Shown one piece after another: positions 7,671-17,736 of a stretch of 28,551 nt of DNA. The stretch's first letter is position 1; each line of letters opens with the position of its first letter. The notes under the pieces are model-generated. The model searched no databases, was not told where the DNA came from, and was given only the letters and a program-made list of their open reading frames with translations. This DNA comes from an uncultured Mycoplasmatota bacterium (lineage in GTDB: Bacteria; Bacillota_I; Bacilli_A; RF39; UBA660): assembly GCA_946499755.1 (NCBI GenBank), contig CAMMTE010000001.1, positions 1 through 28,551 on the forward strand. The letters are read 5' to 3'. The translations under genes were made by a program, and so were the position numbers.

Positions 7671-7687
7671 CTGCTTCTTTATTTATT
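7652..7687. terminator. Bidirectional terminator between convergent rpn and divIB
   Basis: 16-bp perfect inverted repeat AATAAATAAAGAAGCA-taac-TGCTTCTTTATTTATT spanning both stop codons. Confidence 0.85.
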
Positions 7688-8366
7688 GCATAATCTGAAA
7701 ATGATTTCCAGAATCTAAATATAAATAACCTTTTCTGCCATCTAATTGTGGTAGTACTTCATTATAATAGTCTAATCTTTCAAATTTAGTAATAGTTAAA
7801 TAAACACTATTTCCATCATCCATATATAATAAAAATCTATCTTTATCATAATCATTAGGATCATATTTAATTTCACTAATTTCTTCTCTTATATCTTTAT
7901 CTATTCTTTTATAATATTTAATAAAACTATTTATTTTATTATTAGGTATTTCATTAATTAATCTTGGAATCATATATGGTATATCATTATCTAAAGTTAT
8001 TTCTTCTTTACTTTCTAATACGTATTTACCATTATCTTCTCTTTTATATAGTATTTCATATTCTTCTATTTCAATATCAAAAATATGATAGAAATCTCTA
8101 TTTACATCTACACTTTTTACTAAAGGATTTTCTTTTATTTTCTTTTCTATTGTTCTAGTACTTGTCTTATAGAAACTTGGATAATTAGTAAGTCCTGCTC
8201 TATTAATTATTTCTTCATCAGATATAATATCATTACCAGTAATTATAATATTTTCTACTTTAGTATCTAATAAAAATAATACAACAAAGACAATAATTGC
8301 TATTACTAAGATAAAGATAAGAAATGGTAATAGTCTTAATTTTTTCTTTTTAATTACTTTAGCCAT
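7683..8366 (-). CDS. divIB: Cell division protein FtsQ/DivIB
   Basis: Basic N-terminus, single TM helix, POTRA-like ITGNDIISDEEI..NPLVKSVDV segment, C-terminal GYLYLD. Directly follows murB. Start ATG 8366 with SD GGGAG. Confidence 0.85.
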   Translation of the reverse strand: MAKVIKKKKLRLLPFLIFILVIAIIVFVVLFLLDTKVENIIITGNDIISDEEIINRAGLTNYPSFYKTSTRTIEKKIKENPLVKSVDVNRDFYHIFDIEIEEYEILYKREDNGKYVLESKEEITLDNDIPYMIPRLINEIPNNKINSFIKYYKRIDKDIREEISEIKYDPNDYDKDRFLLYMDDGNSVYLTITKFERLDYYNEVLPQLDGRKGYLYLDSGNHFQIMQ

Positions 8367-8368
8367 AT

Positions 8369-9277
8369 CTACTCCCAATTAACAAATTCTTGTTCTATTT
8401 TTAAATCTATACCATAATGATCTTTTACGGCGTCTTTTACAAATAAAATTAAATCATGTATATCTTTAGCACTAGCATTATTTTTATTAATTATAAAGTT
8501 AGCATGAACTTCACTAACTTCTGCTCCTCCTTTAGTTAATCCTTTAAGTCCAATATCTTCTATTAACTTACCAGAAGGATCAGCATTAGGTGGATTTCTA
8601 AAGACACTACCAGCACTTGGATAATTTAGAGGTTGTGATTTCATTCTTCTTTGCTTTCTATCTTTAACTACTTCTTCTAAAGCACTTTTATCGCCTTTTT
8701 CAAGTCTTATAGTTGCTTCTAAACAGATGTAATTTGGATGAGTCTGCAAGAAACTACTACGATAGTGAAAATCCATCTCTTCATTAGTTAAAGTAATAAT
8801 CTTAAAATCATCTGTTAAGACTTTAACACTTCTTGTAACATAACCCATATCACTCTTATAAGCTCCTGCATTCATATAAATAGCACCACCAATAGTACCT
8901 GGTATACCTGTTGCAAATTCTAAGCCTGCTAAACCTCTTTTAATAGATTCTCTAGCTACCTTCATTAAAGATGCTCCCGCTCCACAGATTATTTTATTAT
9001 CATAAAATTCTATTTTATTAAATTCATCTAACTTAATTAAAACTCCTTCATAAGTCTTATCACTAAATAATAAATTACTTCCATTACCTAATATTTTATA
9101 TTTAATATTATATTTTTTTATCAATTTACATAATAGTACTAACTTTTCTATAGTCTTAGGATAAATAATCGCTCTTACAAGTCCTCCTACTTTATAAGTA
9201 GTATATTTACTTATAAAAACATCTTTAACTATTTTTCCTATATCATTAGATTCTACTTCATTTAAAAATTCTTTCAT
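8369..9277 (-). CDS. murB: UDP-N-acetylenolpyruvoylglucosamine reductase
   Basis: TTYKVGG, LGNGSNLL, GIPGTIGGAIYMNAGAY, QPLNYPSAGSVFRNP and HANFIIN motifs. Confidence 0.97.
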   Translation of the reverse strand: MKEFLNEVESNDIGKIVKDVFISKYTTYKVGGLVRAIIYPKTIEKLVLLCKLIKKYNIKYKILGNGSNLLFSDKTYEGVLIKLDEFNKIEFYDNKIICGAGASLMKVARESIKRGLAGLEFATGIPGTIGGAIYMNAGAYKSDMGYVTRSVKVLTDDFKIITLTNEEMDFHYRSSFLQTHPNYICLEATIRLEKGDKSALEEVVKDRKQRRMKSQPLNYPSAGSVFRNPPNADPSGKLIEDIGLKGLTKGGAEVSEVHANFIINKNNASAKDIHDLILFVKDAVKDHYGIDLKIEQEFVNWE

Positions 9278-9278
9278 C

Positions 9279-10355
9279 TTATTCATCCCCTACTACATCT
9301 AAAATTACATCATATATTTTACTAGCACTATCACTTATCTTCATTTTTAATAATTCTTTGCTCATACTATTTAATTTCTTTTTATCATTAATTAATTTAT
9401 CTACTAAAGGTATTAAAGTATCTTTACTAAAGTTCTCTTCTTCTAGTATTTCTACACCCTTACCTAAAGCTTTTGCATTCTTATATTGATGATTATTAGT
9501 AACATATGGACTAGGTACCATAATAGCAGGTAAACCTATACTAGTAAGCTCTGAGATAGTAGATGCTCCACTTCTAGTAATCATTAAATCTGCATCTTTC
9601 ATAAGAGCGATTAAATTATCATAGAAAGGTAATAGTTTTACATTATTACTTAGTTTTATATCTTTATAATCGTCATAATAGTTCTTACCTGTTATTAATA
9701 ATACTTGATAGTTTTTATTATTAAATAGTGGTAATATTTCTTTTAATTTATTAGTCATAGTTAAAGAACCAAGAGACCCCATTACTATAATTACTAAAGG
9801 TAAATCTTTAATAAAACCTAAAGATGTCTTAGATACTTTTTTAATGTCTTTTATTTGTTCACTTCTAGGATTTCCTGTATATATTACTTTATCTTTAGGA
9901 AAGTATTCACTACTTTCTTTGAAAGACACTAATATTTTATCTACATAGCGAGATAAGAATTTATTAGAAACACCAGGAATAGAATTTTGTTCGTGAATAA
10001 TAGTTTTTATTTTAAGTTTAGAAGCAGAATAAATAACTGGTGCTGATATATAACCACCAAAGCCAATAACGACATCTGGTTTAAACTTAGATAATTCTTC
10101 TTTCGCTTTCTTACAAGCTCTATAATATGTTTTCATTACTTCAATATTTTTAAAAGGATTCTTACGGTTTAAACCTATCATTTTAATACCAACATAATTT
10201 ATATTTTGTTTAGGAATAATATCTTTTTCCATTCTATCAGTTGTACCAATATAAAGAATATCTACATCTTTATCTTTTTCCTTAAGCTTAGAGATTAATG
10301 CTAAAGCGGGAAATATATGTCCACCAGTTCCTCCTGCTGTAATAACTATCTTCAT
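9279..10355 (-). CDS. murG: Undecaprenyl-PP-MurNAc-pentapeptide GlcNAc transferase
   Basis: AGGTGGHIFP, HEQNSIPG, TGNPRS, GSLGS, RSGASTISE and HQYKNA motifs. Confidence 0.97.
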   Translation of the reverse strand: MKIVITAGGTGGHIFPALALISKLKEKDKDVDILYIGTTDRMEKDIIPKQNINYVGIKMIGLNRKNPFKNIEVMKTYYRACKKAKEELSKFKPDVVIGFGGYISAPVIYSASKLKIKTIIHEQNSIPGVSNKFLSRYVDKILVSFKESSEYFPKDKVIYTGNPRSEQIKDIKKVSKTSLGFIKDLPLVIIVMGSLGSLTMTNKLKEILPLFNNKNYQVLLITGKNYYDDYKDIKLSNNVKLLPFYDNLIALMKDADLMITRSGASTISELTSIGLPAIMVPSPYVTNNHQYKNAKALGKGVEILEEENFSKDTLIPLVDKLINDKKKLNSMSKELLKMKISDSASKIYDVILDVVGDE

Positions 10356-10385
10356 TTTATTCATCCTTCCTAGTATAAGATATGT

Positions 10386-11759
10386 TTATTTGTTATATTT
10401 AGTAATTAAACTTTCAAATTCTAATTTTATTTCTTGTAATCTCTCATTATTAACCGCTTCATATCTACCGGTAATATTAGGTCCTGTATTACTAGCTCTT
10501 ACACTAGCCCAACCATCAGGAAATGTTACTCTAACACCATCTATATTATTATAAGAATAATTCTTTTCTTTACAATAATCTTCTATTTTTTTAACTACTT
10601 CATATTTTAACTCATCAGTAGATTTATATTTAGTCTCAGGTGTAGAATAATATCTATTAATACCATCTAATAATTCATCTACTGACTTATTGGTATTAGA
10701 TAGTATCTCTAATAATCTAAGCCCTGCATAAATACCACTATCAAAGCCTAAGAATTTATCTCTAAAATAAACATGACCTGATAATTCTCCCCCAAAAGCA
10801 AGATCTAATTCTTTTACTTTCGCTTTAGTATAAGAGTTACCTGTTCTATAACAGCAAGGTGTTCCTCCTAGTTTAATAATTTCATCTTCTAGGCTCTTAC
10901 TACATTTAACATCGTATAAAAATGTTTTATTATTAACTTTATTAATGATATCTCTAATTATTATAATCATATAATAATCAATAGGAATAAATTCTCCCAT
11001 ACTAGAAATAACTCCTACTCTATCACCATCACCATCAAAAGCAAGACCAACATCGGCTTTAGTATTTTTAACTACTCTTTTTAATTCTTCTAAATTACTT
11101 TCAATAGATGGATCAGGATGATGATTAGGAAATGTTCCATCGCTTTCACCATTAATTATTTTGTAACTAACAGGAACATTTTTAAATAGGTCATCTAAAA
11201 GAATAGAAGTTGTCCCATTACCTGGATCTAATACTACTTTAACTTTTCTATTACCAAAAGATAAATTATCTAAAAGAGCTTTAAAGTAATCAGCTTTAAC
11301 ATCACATTTAGTAATAGAGCCTTTACCAGTTACAAAGTTTCCTTTTTCTATATAATCATAGAAATCAGTTATCTCTTTTCCTTTAGCATTATCAAAATTA
11401 GAAAAAGCAATTTTAAAACCATTTTCATCTTTAGGATTATGACTAGCAGTTATCATAATACCAGAATCAATATTAAGATCTATACAAGCATAATAATACA
11501 TAGGAGTAGTTGTTAAAGATAAATCATAGACATTAATACCTGTTTCAATTAATCCTTGAATTAAGGCTTGATGCAAATCAGGAGAAGATATTCTATTATC
11601 ATGACCAACAACACACTTAACTTTACCCAATTCTTTTAGTTTACTACCAAAAGCAAGACCGATAGTATAGGAAGTATCGACATCTATATCTGTTGGTACT
11701 ACACCTCTAATATCATAAGCTCTAAAAATGTTTTTATTAATATCTTTTTTTATTTTCAT
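10386..11759 (-). CDS. Phosphomannomutase/phosphoglucomutase
   Basis: IFRAYDIRG, ITASHNP (phosphoserine loop), FDGDGDR (metal loop), GELSGH and VRASNT motifs. Confidence 0.95.
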   Translation of the reverse strand: MKIKKDINKNIFRAYDIRGVVPTDIDVDTSYTIGLAFGSKLKELGKVKCVVGHDNRISSPDLHQALIQGLIETGINVYDLSLTTTPMYYYACIDLNIDSGIMITASHNPKDENGFKIAFSNFDNAKGKEITDFYDYIEKGNFVTGKGSITKCDVKADYFKALLDNLSFGNRKVKVVLDPGNGTTSILLDDLFKNVPVSYKIINGESDGTFPNHHPDPSIESNLEELKRVVKNTKADVGLAFDGDGDRVGVISSMGEFIPIDYYMIIIIRDIINKVNNKTFLYDVKCSKSLEDEIIKLGGTPCCYRTGNSYTKAKVKELDLAFGGELSGHVYFRDKFLGFDSGIYAGLRLLEILSNTNKSVDELLDGINRYYSTPETKYKSTDELKYEVVKKIEDYCKEKNYSYNNIDGVRVTFPDGWASVRASNTGPNITGRYEAVNNERLQEIKLEFESLITKYNK

Positions 11760-11838
11760 TATGATCCCTCTTTCTAAATTATAACATATTTTAAACTATT
11801 TATTTTTTATGACATATAGTATCTACAAAACTTTACAA

Positions 11839-12549
11839 TTATTTTTTCTTCTTTATAGCATATTTTTTTAAAATACTTAAAGAATTTGTTCCTTTTATAT
11901 CTATTTTAGGGAAAGCATTTAACATATGACGAACAAAGAAGTTAGTCTTAATTTTTCTTGACTTTAATTCATTTCTTATTATTTTAGTAAGTTCCATTGT
12001 TACATCTTTACTCTTAAACTTTAATGTAGATATTTTTACTTGACAAAGAGTTGTTATAGTAATAATTACATCTGTTAAGAAGATAATTAAAAGAATAATT
12101 GATACTATTCTAAAAGCTAAATGAGGAAGAATGTTTATAATAGTTGTAACTAAAGGATTTAGTATGTAAACAAAAGCGATGCCTCCTAAACCAAATAAAA
12201 AGGCATTAAATAGACAGACTCTTCCTTCTATATTAAATTTACGATCAGAATAATCCCACCATCTAGCTTTAAAGATTTTCTCTAAGATATAACTAGTAAT
12301 ATATTCTAGAGTTGTAGAGATAAAAGCACTCATGACAAAGACTGTAAATAAATCATTTTTATATCTTAGAATAAATAGTTCCATTAAAAGACAAGAGATA
12401 CCATATATAGGTAAATATGGTCCCAAAAAGAAACCTCTATTTAAAACTAATTTCTTTTCTCTTAAAGAACAGTTAGTTATTTCAATAATATATCCTAAAA
12501 AAGAATAAATCATAAATGATAAGAATAGATATAGTATTTTATCTAACAT
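11839..12549 (-). CDS. Putative ABC transporter permease (CmpB-like membrane protein)
   Basis: YSFLGYIIE, RGFFLGPYLPIYG, LEYITSYILEKIFKARWWDYS and GRVCL motifs. Confidence 0.8.
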   Translation of the reverse strand: MLDKILYLFLSFMIYSFLGYIIEITNCSLREKKLVLNRGFFLGPYLPIYGISCLLMELFILRYKNDLFTVFVMSAFISTTLEYITSYILEKIFKARWWDYSDRKFNIEGRVCLFNAFLFGLGGIAFVYILNPLVTTIINILPHLAFRIVSIILLIIFLTDVIITITTLCQVKISTLKFKSKDVTMELTKIIRNELKSRKIKTNFFVRHMLNAFPKIDIKGTNSLSILKKYAIKKKK

Positions 12550-12560
12550 AAAACTCCCCC

Positions 12561-13310
12561 TTAAATTAATAAACTAAGTAATAAAAGTATAACTCCTGTA
12601 ATAAGACCTATTATAGTTATTTTTTTATTTTTAGATTTTATTACTTTAGGCCATAATTCAAAGATAATTATATATAGAAGCATTCCTAAAGTAAGTGAAA
12701 GAAGAGAACCTATAACTGTATCACTTACAGTATTTAAATTTAATAAATATGGGATAAGTCCTCCGACAAAGCTTGATAAGAATAGACTTCCTAAAAGAAT
12801 AAGATAATCTTTACTTTTAGCATCACTTGCTCTTAATGTAGTAGTTATAATAATACCTAAAGGAATATTATGTAGTCCTACTCCTATACTCATAATAAGA
12901 CCTAAAGAAATATCATTACAAGCTGATAGGTAGATAGCCATACCTTCAACTATATTATGAATAATTAAAGCAATGGTAGCAAGTAAACCAATATGAACAT
13001 AATTTTTTTTAACTTCATTTTTAGTTAGTTTATGATCTTCATGAAGAGGAATAAAATCATCTATTACTTTAAATACTAATAGACCTAACATACCAAATAA
13101 TAGGAATAAATAGATATAAGTAATCCCTAAATGTTCTATTATTTCTGGAAGTAAATCTAATATTATTAACATAGTTAATAAAGATAGAGCAAAAGCAAAG
13201 ATAAAGTCTAGGACTTTTCCTTGTTTTCTTATAAAAAAGGAGATAATTGTTCCTATTAAGATAAATACTCCTAAAAGAAATGTTATAAATAAAGCTAGTG
13301 TGTTACTCAT
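12561..13310 (-). CDS. ZIP family divalent metal transporter
   Basis: DLLPE, IHNIVEGMA and GVGLHNIPLG motifs; 8-TM pattern. Confidence 0.88.
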   Translation of the reverse strand: MSNTLALFITFLLGVFILIGTIISFFIRKQGKVLDFIFAFALSLLTMLIILDLLPEIIEHLGITYIYLFLLFGMLGLLVFKVIDDFIPLHEDHKLTKNEVKKNYVHIGLLATIALIIHNIVEGMAIYLSACNDISLGLIMSIGVGLHNIPLGIIITTTLRASDAKSKDYLILLGSLFLSSFVGGLIPYLLNLNTVSDTVIGSLLSLTLGMLLYIIIFELWPKVIKSKNKKITIIGLITGVILLLLSLLI

Positions 13311-13316
13311 AAGTTA

Positions 13317-13810
13317 TCACTCCTCATCTATTTTTAAGCATTCTAGCATTTTATATTCTAATTCTTTTTCCTTATAGTCTTCAGTTAATTCAATTAAATC
13401 GAAAACATAGGGCTCTTTCATAATATTATTAGCAAGATCACTATTTTATTTTAAAATTATTATGTTTTATATTTTTAACTTTTTTGAATTAAGAGAATAT
13501 TGTGTTTCCATGGTATTTGTGCAACCAGTTGCACAAATTCATCATCATCTTTATACTCGTTATAAAACGCTTTCATATACTTTAAATTACGAACAGAAAA
13601 ACCTTTTAAATTAGGAAATGTTATTTTTAGTTCTTTAGCGACATTATCAATAAATTTATTTCCCCATTTGCTATTTTCTTCTAATGTTTTACCTATACTA
13701 TAATAAAGATTTACTAACTTATTATTAGCATTTATCATAATCTCTAATTGTGTTTTAGTTATTGCACTTTTAATGTTGTTAGTTACTTCCACAAATGACT
13801 TATCTAGCAT
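13317..13810 (-). pseudogene. Degenerate YhcG/DUF1016 family gene
   Basis: Intact N-terminal domain (LYYSIG..WGNKFI..GFSVRNLKYMKAFY..VAQIPWKHN) stops at 13475. An out-of-frame remnant SDLANNIMKEPYVFDLIELTEDYKEKELE follows at 13442-13317. The nuclease domain is missing. Confidence 0.8.
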
Positions 13811-13829
13811 AGTGTTCCCTCCTTAAAAT

Positions 13830-14645
13830 TTAAAGTATTACAGTTATAATAACTATTAAAGCTAAGATAATACGATATATCATAAATAGTTTAAAGTCAT
13901 GGCCTCTTAAATATTGTAATAAGAATTTAATACAAATTAAACCAGTAATAAATGATATTACAATACCTAATATAAAGATAAAAGCATTATCTATTATTAA
14001 ACTAATAGTACCACTATCTAATAGTTGCAAAGTAGCAGCGCCTAAAACAACAGGTGCAGATAGATAGAAAGAAAATTTAGCAGAGGATTCTCTATCAACT
14101 TTTAGAGCTCTAGCACAAGCGATTGTTGTACCACTACGAGAAAAACCTGGTATTAGGGCAAATACTTGCGAACAACCTATTAAAATAGCATCTTTAAAAG
14201 ATATTTCTTTAGTATTTTTTTCTTCTTTACTTTTTTTATCTACTAAATAAATAATTACACCCATAACTATTAGAGCACAAGCGATTAAGATATAATTAGT
14301 TCTAATAGCTTTTTCTATTACATCTTCAAATAAAACTCCAACGATAGCAGCAGGAATAGTTGCAACAACTATTTGCCAAAATAACTTACCATCACTTGTT
14401 TTAACACCTTTAGTAACTCCTTTTATTACCATATTTAAAAAGTCTTTAAAGAAAAATACGGCAATAGCTAAAAGAGTACCAACGTGTAGTGCTAAATCAA
14501 AACATAAGTCAATTTTAGATGACATTGATGCTCCTATTCCAAATAAATCTCTAAAGATTATTAAGTGAGCACTACTTGAAATTGGAAGGAACTCTGCTAT
14601 TCCTTGTATAATTCCTAAAATAATTGTATTAATAATATCTTGCAT
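13830..14645 (-). CDS. uppP: Undecaprenyl-diphosphate phosphatase (BacA)
   Basis: GIIQGIAEFLPISSSAH, LHVGT and PGFSRSGTTI motifs. Start ATG 14645 after SD GAGG. Confidence 0.95.
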   Translation of the reverse strand: MQDIINTIILGIIQGIAEFLPISSSAHLIIFRDLFGIGASMSSKIDLCFDLALHVGTLLAIAVFFFKDFLNMVIKGVTKGVKTSDGKLFWQIVVATIPAAIVGVLFEDVIEKAIRTNYILIACALIVMGVIIYLVDKKSKEEKNTKEISFKDAILIGCSQVFALIPGFSRSGTTIACARALKVDRESSAKFSFYLSAPVVLGAATLQLLDSGTISLIIDNAFIFILGIVISFITGLICIKFLLQYLRGHDFKLFMIYRIILALIVIITVIL

Positions 14646-14955
14646 AAATCTAACCTCTTTTCTACTTAATAAGTATAGCATTAAAAAGAAATAATTTAAA
14701 GGACTAGAAAAACAATTAGACACATCTAAACACTAACCACCTAAGTAATAATGAGCAACTAATGTCTTAATTTTACTATTATCAATATCTGTAGTATATC
14801 CAGTATTATTACGATACATTGGTGTTGTAACATCATCATTACCTGAAATGTGAATCTCATATTTTGTTCGTTCTAAAGCATCACTAAAATATTTTTCATA
14901 AAATCATTAGCAATTTTAGAACTATAAGAATTAGTTGTTCTTTTAGGTTTAGGAT

Positions 14956-15450
14956 TTAAAATTCTATTAATTCATCTCTTGCAACATCTGCTGTTACTAT
15001 TCCTTTTACTTCTGTTTCAAAGGTTTCTTGATATAATTTTTTATCACACAAAAAATCTAGGCAAGGATCAAAAGTATATTCTCTATCTTTATATTTAAAA
15101 TTAATCCAAGCATGCCAATAATCACTGAGATTATCGAGTTTTAAATTACCTCTTTCTATATAGTCGTCATTATTTAGAAAAACTATAGAACTTTCTGTAG
15201 TTTGCCAACACCATCCTTCTAGACCTCTATTTTTCATTAAATCTAGGACTTTACCTTTATAATCACCACAAACTTCTATTGTTAAATTCTCTAATTTTTC
15301 CTTTAAATATTTATATATTTCAATATCTGCTCTATTTTCTTCTAAGAGTTTAAATCGTTTTTGTCTATCAAGGTTAGCTTTATAAATTTCATAACGTGGT
15401 TTATCTAAAATTAAATCCAACACATCTTTATAAGTTAATCCTTCTTTCAT
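14956..15450 (-). CDS. Hypothetical protein with transglutaminase-like Cys/His/Asp motif order; possibly 3'-truncated by frameshifts
   Basis: GWCWQT..WHAWINF..TFDP. Coding-like out-of-frame sequence continues to 14733. Confidence 0.45.
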   Translation of the reverse strand: MKEGLTYKDVLDLILDKPRYEIYKANLDRQKRFKLLEENRADIEIYKYLKEKLENLTIEVCGDYKGKVLDLMKNRGLEGWCWQTTESSIVFLNNDDYIERGNLKLDNLSDYWHAWINFKYKDREYTFDPCLDFLCDKKLYQETFETEVKGIVTADVARDELIEF

Positions 15451-15491
15451 TTTACACCTCTTTTTAATAAAATATTATAAAACAAGTAAAG

Positions 15492-15516
15492 AAAAAAGTA
15501 TAGTCAACACTATACT
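15492..15516 (-). terminator. Intrinsic terminator after ppaC
   Basis: AGTATAGT-4 nt-ACTATACT stem plus U-tract, overlapping the TAG stop. Confidence 0.75.
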
Positions 15517-17137
15517 ATTTTTCAAAACTAGCCATTAGAACAGGAACAACATTTTTCTTACGAGATACACAATCTTGTAAGTATTCTCCTTCTTTAAAGT
15601 CCATATCATAAGCTTGATCCATTAAGTCTTTAGCTTTTCTGTTATAAATAACATAAGAACCATTCTTAATAATATCTGTAATATATAAAGCAAGTAAACT
15701 ATAATTATTCGCTTCTGCTTCTTTATCTAAAACAGATAAATAGTTTTCTAAGTCTTTAGAAATTTCATCAAAGTTAGTTGTAAAGAATTGTCCTATTCCT
15801 AAAGTCTTATCATCTACTGTATATAATTTAAAGTCATTATATAAGACATCTACAGGTTCCATTCCATCTAAAGAAGTTCCTGCTTTTATTAAGTTAAGAC
15901 CATATTCTTCATAATTAACACCAGCGATTTTAGATAATTCTTCTACGGCTTTTCTATCTATATCAGTTGTTGTAGGTGACTTTAATATTAAAGTATCTGA
16001 TACAATTCCTGATAACATAAGACCTGCTATTTTCTTAGGTATTTCTACATTTCTTTCTTTATATAGAGAATAAACAATAGTACAACTAGAACCTACAGCC
16101 ATATTTCTAAAGTTAATAGGGTTACTTGTAGTGATACTACCTAAATTATGATGATCTATTATTTCCATAATTTCCGCTTCGTCTAAGCCTTCAGCACTTT
16201 GTTTCTTTTCATTGTGATCTACTAATATTACTTTTTTAGGATTTTTAGAATCTAAATCAGTAATTTTTAAAAGTCCTAAACATTTACCAGTTTTACTATC
16301 TACAACAGGATAGTTAGTGTGTCTTAATTTTTTATTAATATCTAAGATATCATCAACATAAGTAAATTCATCAAAGTAAACACTATCTTTAGTAGATTTT
16401 TTCATAGTCATAATAAAATTAGCAAGACTAATTAATTTAGCGATATGATAAGTATCATAACTACTTCTAATAATATTTACCCCATTTTCTTTTGCAATTT
16501 TAATATGTTCATCTTTAATATAAGAGTCTCCTGATAGAATAATTAATTTAACTTTAGAATTAACAGCATATTCAATAATACTATGTCTATCTCCTACTAT
16601 TAAGATATCATCATGAGTTAATTTTACATTAGTAATAAATGTTGTACTACGATAAGCGACAGCAAGGATATTACCTTTAATCTCTTCATCTACTCTATTT
16701 ATTTCTTTACCATGTAATACTTCTAATAAATTACTATAACTAGTATCTAAGTGTTCTACTTTAGTATCAATAAAAGCATGAGCTAAATCTTTAATAGTAA
16801 CTATTCCTTTATACATATTATTATCATCAACAATAGGTACACCAGTAAGACCTTCTTTTAACATATAAAGATAACTATCATAAGTAGATTCTTTTTCATT
16901 TAAGAAATAACCTTTATGATAATTAACATCTTTTAATTGCAATTTTACATCATTTAAGTATTTTGGTTCTTTTACTTTAAAATAATCTAAGGCATATTTA
17001 GTCTCTTTATTAATAGCACTTAATATTCTTGGTTCTGTATTAAAACCTAATTCTTTTTTTAAGTTAGCATAACTAATCGCTGCACTAACTGAATCTGTAT
17101 CAGGTTTACGATGCCCAAATACAAATATTTTATCCAT
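15515..17137 (-). CDS. ppaC: Mn-dependent family II inorganic pyrophosphatase with CBS-DRTGG-CBS insert
   Basis: GHRKPDTDS, LVDHNE, IIDHH, GIVSDTL and VSRKK motifs, with a CBS pair and VGDR insert. Confidence 0.93.
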   Translation of the reverse strand: MDKIFVFGHRKPDTDSVSAAISYANLKKELGFNTEPRILSAINKETKYALDYFKVKEPKYLNDVKLQLKDVNYHKGYFLNEKESTYDSYLYMLKEGLTGVPIVDDNNMYKGIVTIKDLAHAFIDTKVEHLDTSYSNLLEVLHGKEINRVDEEIKGNILAVAYRSTTFITNVKLTHDDILIVGDRHSIIEYAVNSKVKLIILSGDSYIKDEHIKIAKENGVNIIRSSYDTYHIAKLISLANFIMTMKKSTKDSVYFDEFTYVDDILDINKKLRHTNYPVVDSKTGKCLGLLKITDLDSKNPKKVILVDHNEKKQSAEGLDEAEIMEIIDHHNLGSITTSNPINFRNMAVGSSCTIVYSLYKERNVEIPKKIAGLMLSGIVSDTLILKSPTTTDIDRKAVEELSKIAGVNYEEYGLNLIKAGTSLDGMEPVDVLYNDFKLYTVDDKTLGIGQFFTTNFDEISKDLENYLSVLDKEAEANNYSLLALYITDIIKNGSYVIYNRKAKDLMDQAYDMDFKEGEYLQDCVSRKKNVVPVLMASFEK

Positions 17138-17177
17138 AATAATTCCTTCTTTCTACTTGTAGATTATATCATACTTT

Positions 17178-17723
17178 TTAATTATTTAAAATAGAAAAAA
17201 GTGCTTGATCATAATATCTATCTTGGTATTTATAACTCTCTTTTCTAATTCCTTCATAAGTCATATTAAGTTTCTTAACTAATTTTAAAGATTTTAAATT
17301 ATCTGTAACTACCTCTGCTTCTATTCTATGAATTGGTAAATTATTAAAAGAAAACTCTATTATTTTATTTAATGCTTCTTCCATATACCCATTATGTTGA
17401 TAGTTTTTACCTAGAATATAACCTAATTTACAAGCATCATTTAACATATCTTTACTATGTAACTGTACTATTCCTATCATCTCATTAGTTTCTTTTAATA
17501 CTAAACCCCATCTAAAGTAGTTACCATTAAGATAATAATCATCATAGCTTTCAACTAATTTATAATATTCTTCAAAATTTTCAAAGGGTAATGAATAATA
17601 ATATTTATAGTAATCTATATCACTATAAATATAATCATATAGATTTTTAGCATAAGTTACATCTATCTTTTTTAAATATAGTCTTTCTGTTTCTAATTCT
17701 TTAAATAAATCAACATTTTCCAT
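17178..17723 (-). CDS. GNAT N-acetyltransferase, RimJ/RimL type
   Basis: LETERLYLK, GYILGKNYQHNGYMEEAL, HRIEAEV, NLKSLKLVKKL and YEG motifs. Confidence 0.85.
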   Translation of the reverse strand: MENVDLFKELETERLYLKKIDVTYAKNLYDYIYSDIDYYKYYYSLPFENFEEYYKLVESYDDYYLNGNYFRWGLVLKETNEMIGIVQLHSKDMLNDACKLGYILGKNYQHNGYMEEALNKIIEFSFNNLPIHRIEAEVVTDNLKSLKLVKKLNMTYEGIRKESYKYQDRYYDQALFSILNN

Positions 17724-17736
17724 AATTAATTCCTTT

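Noticed and set aside
9270-10370. murG and murB ORFs both beginning MNKMK
   Set aside because: The SD position favours the second ATG in both; a short AT-rich coincidence with no further similarity.
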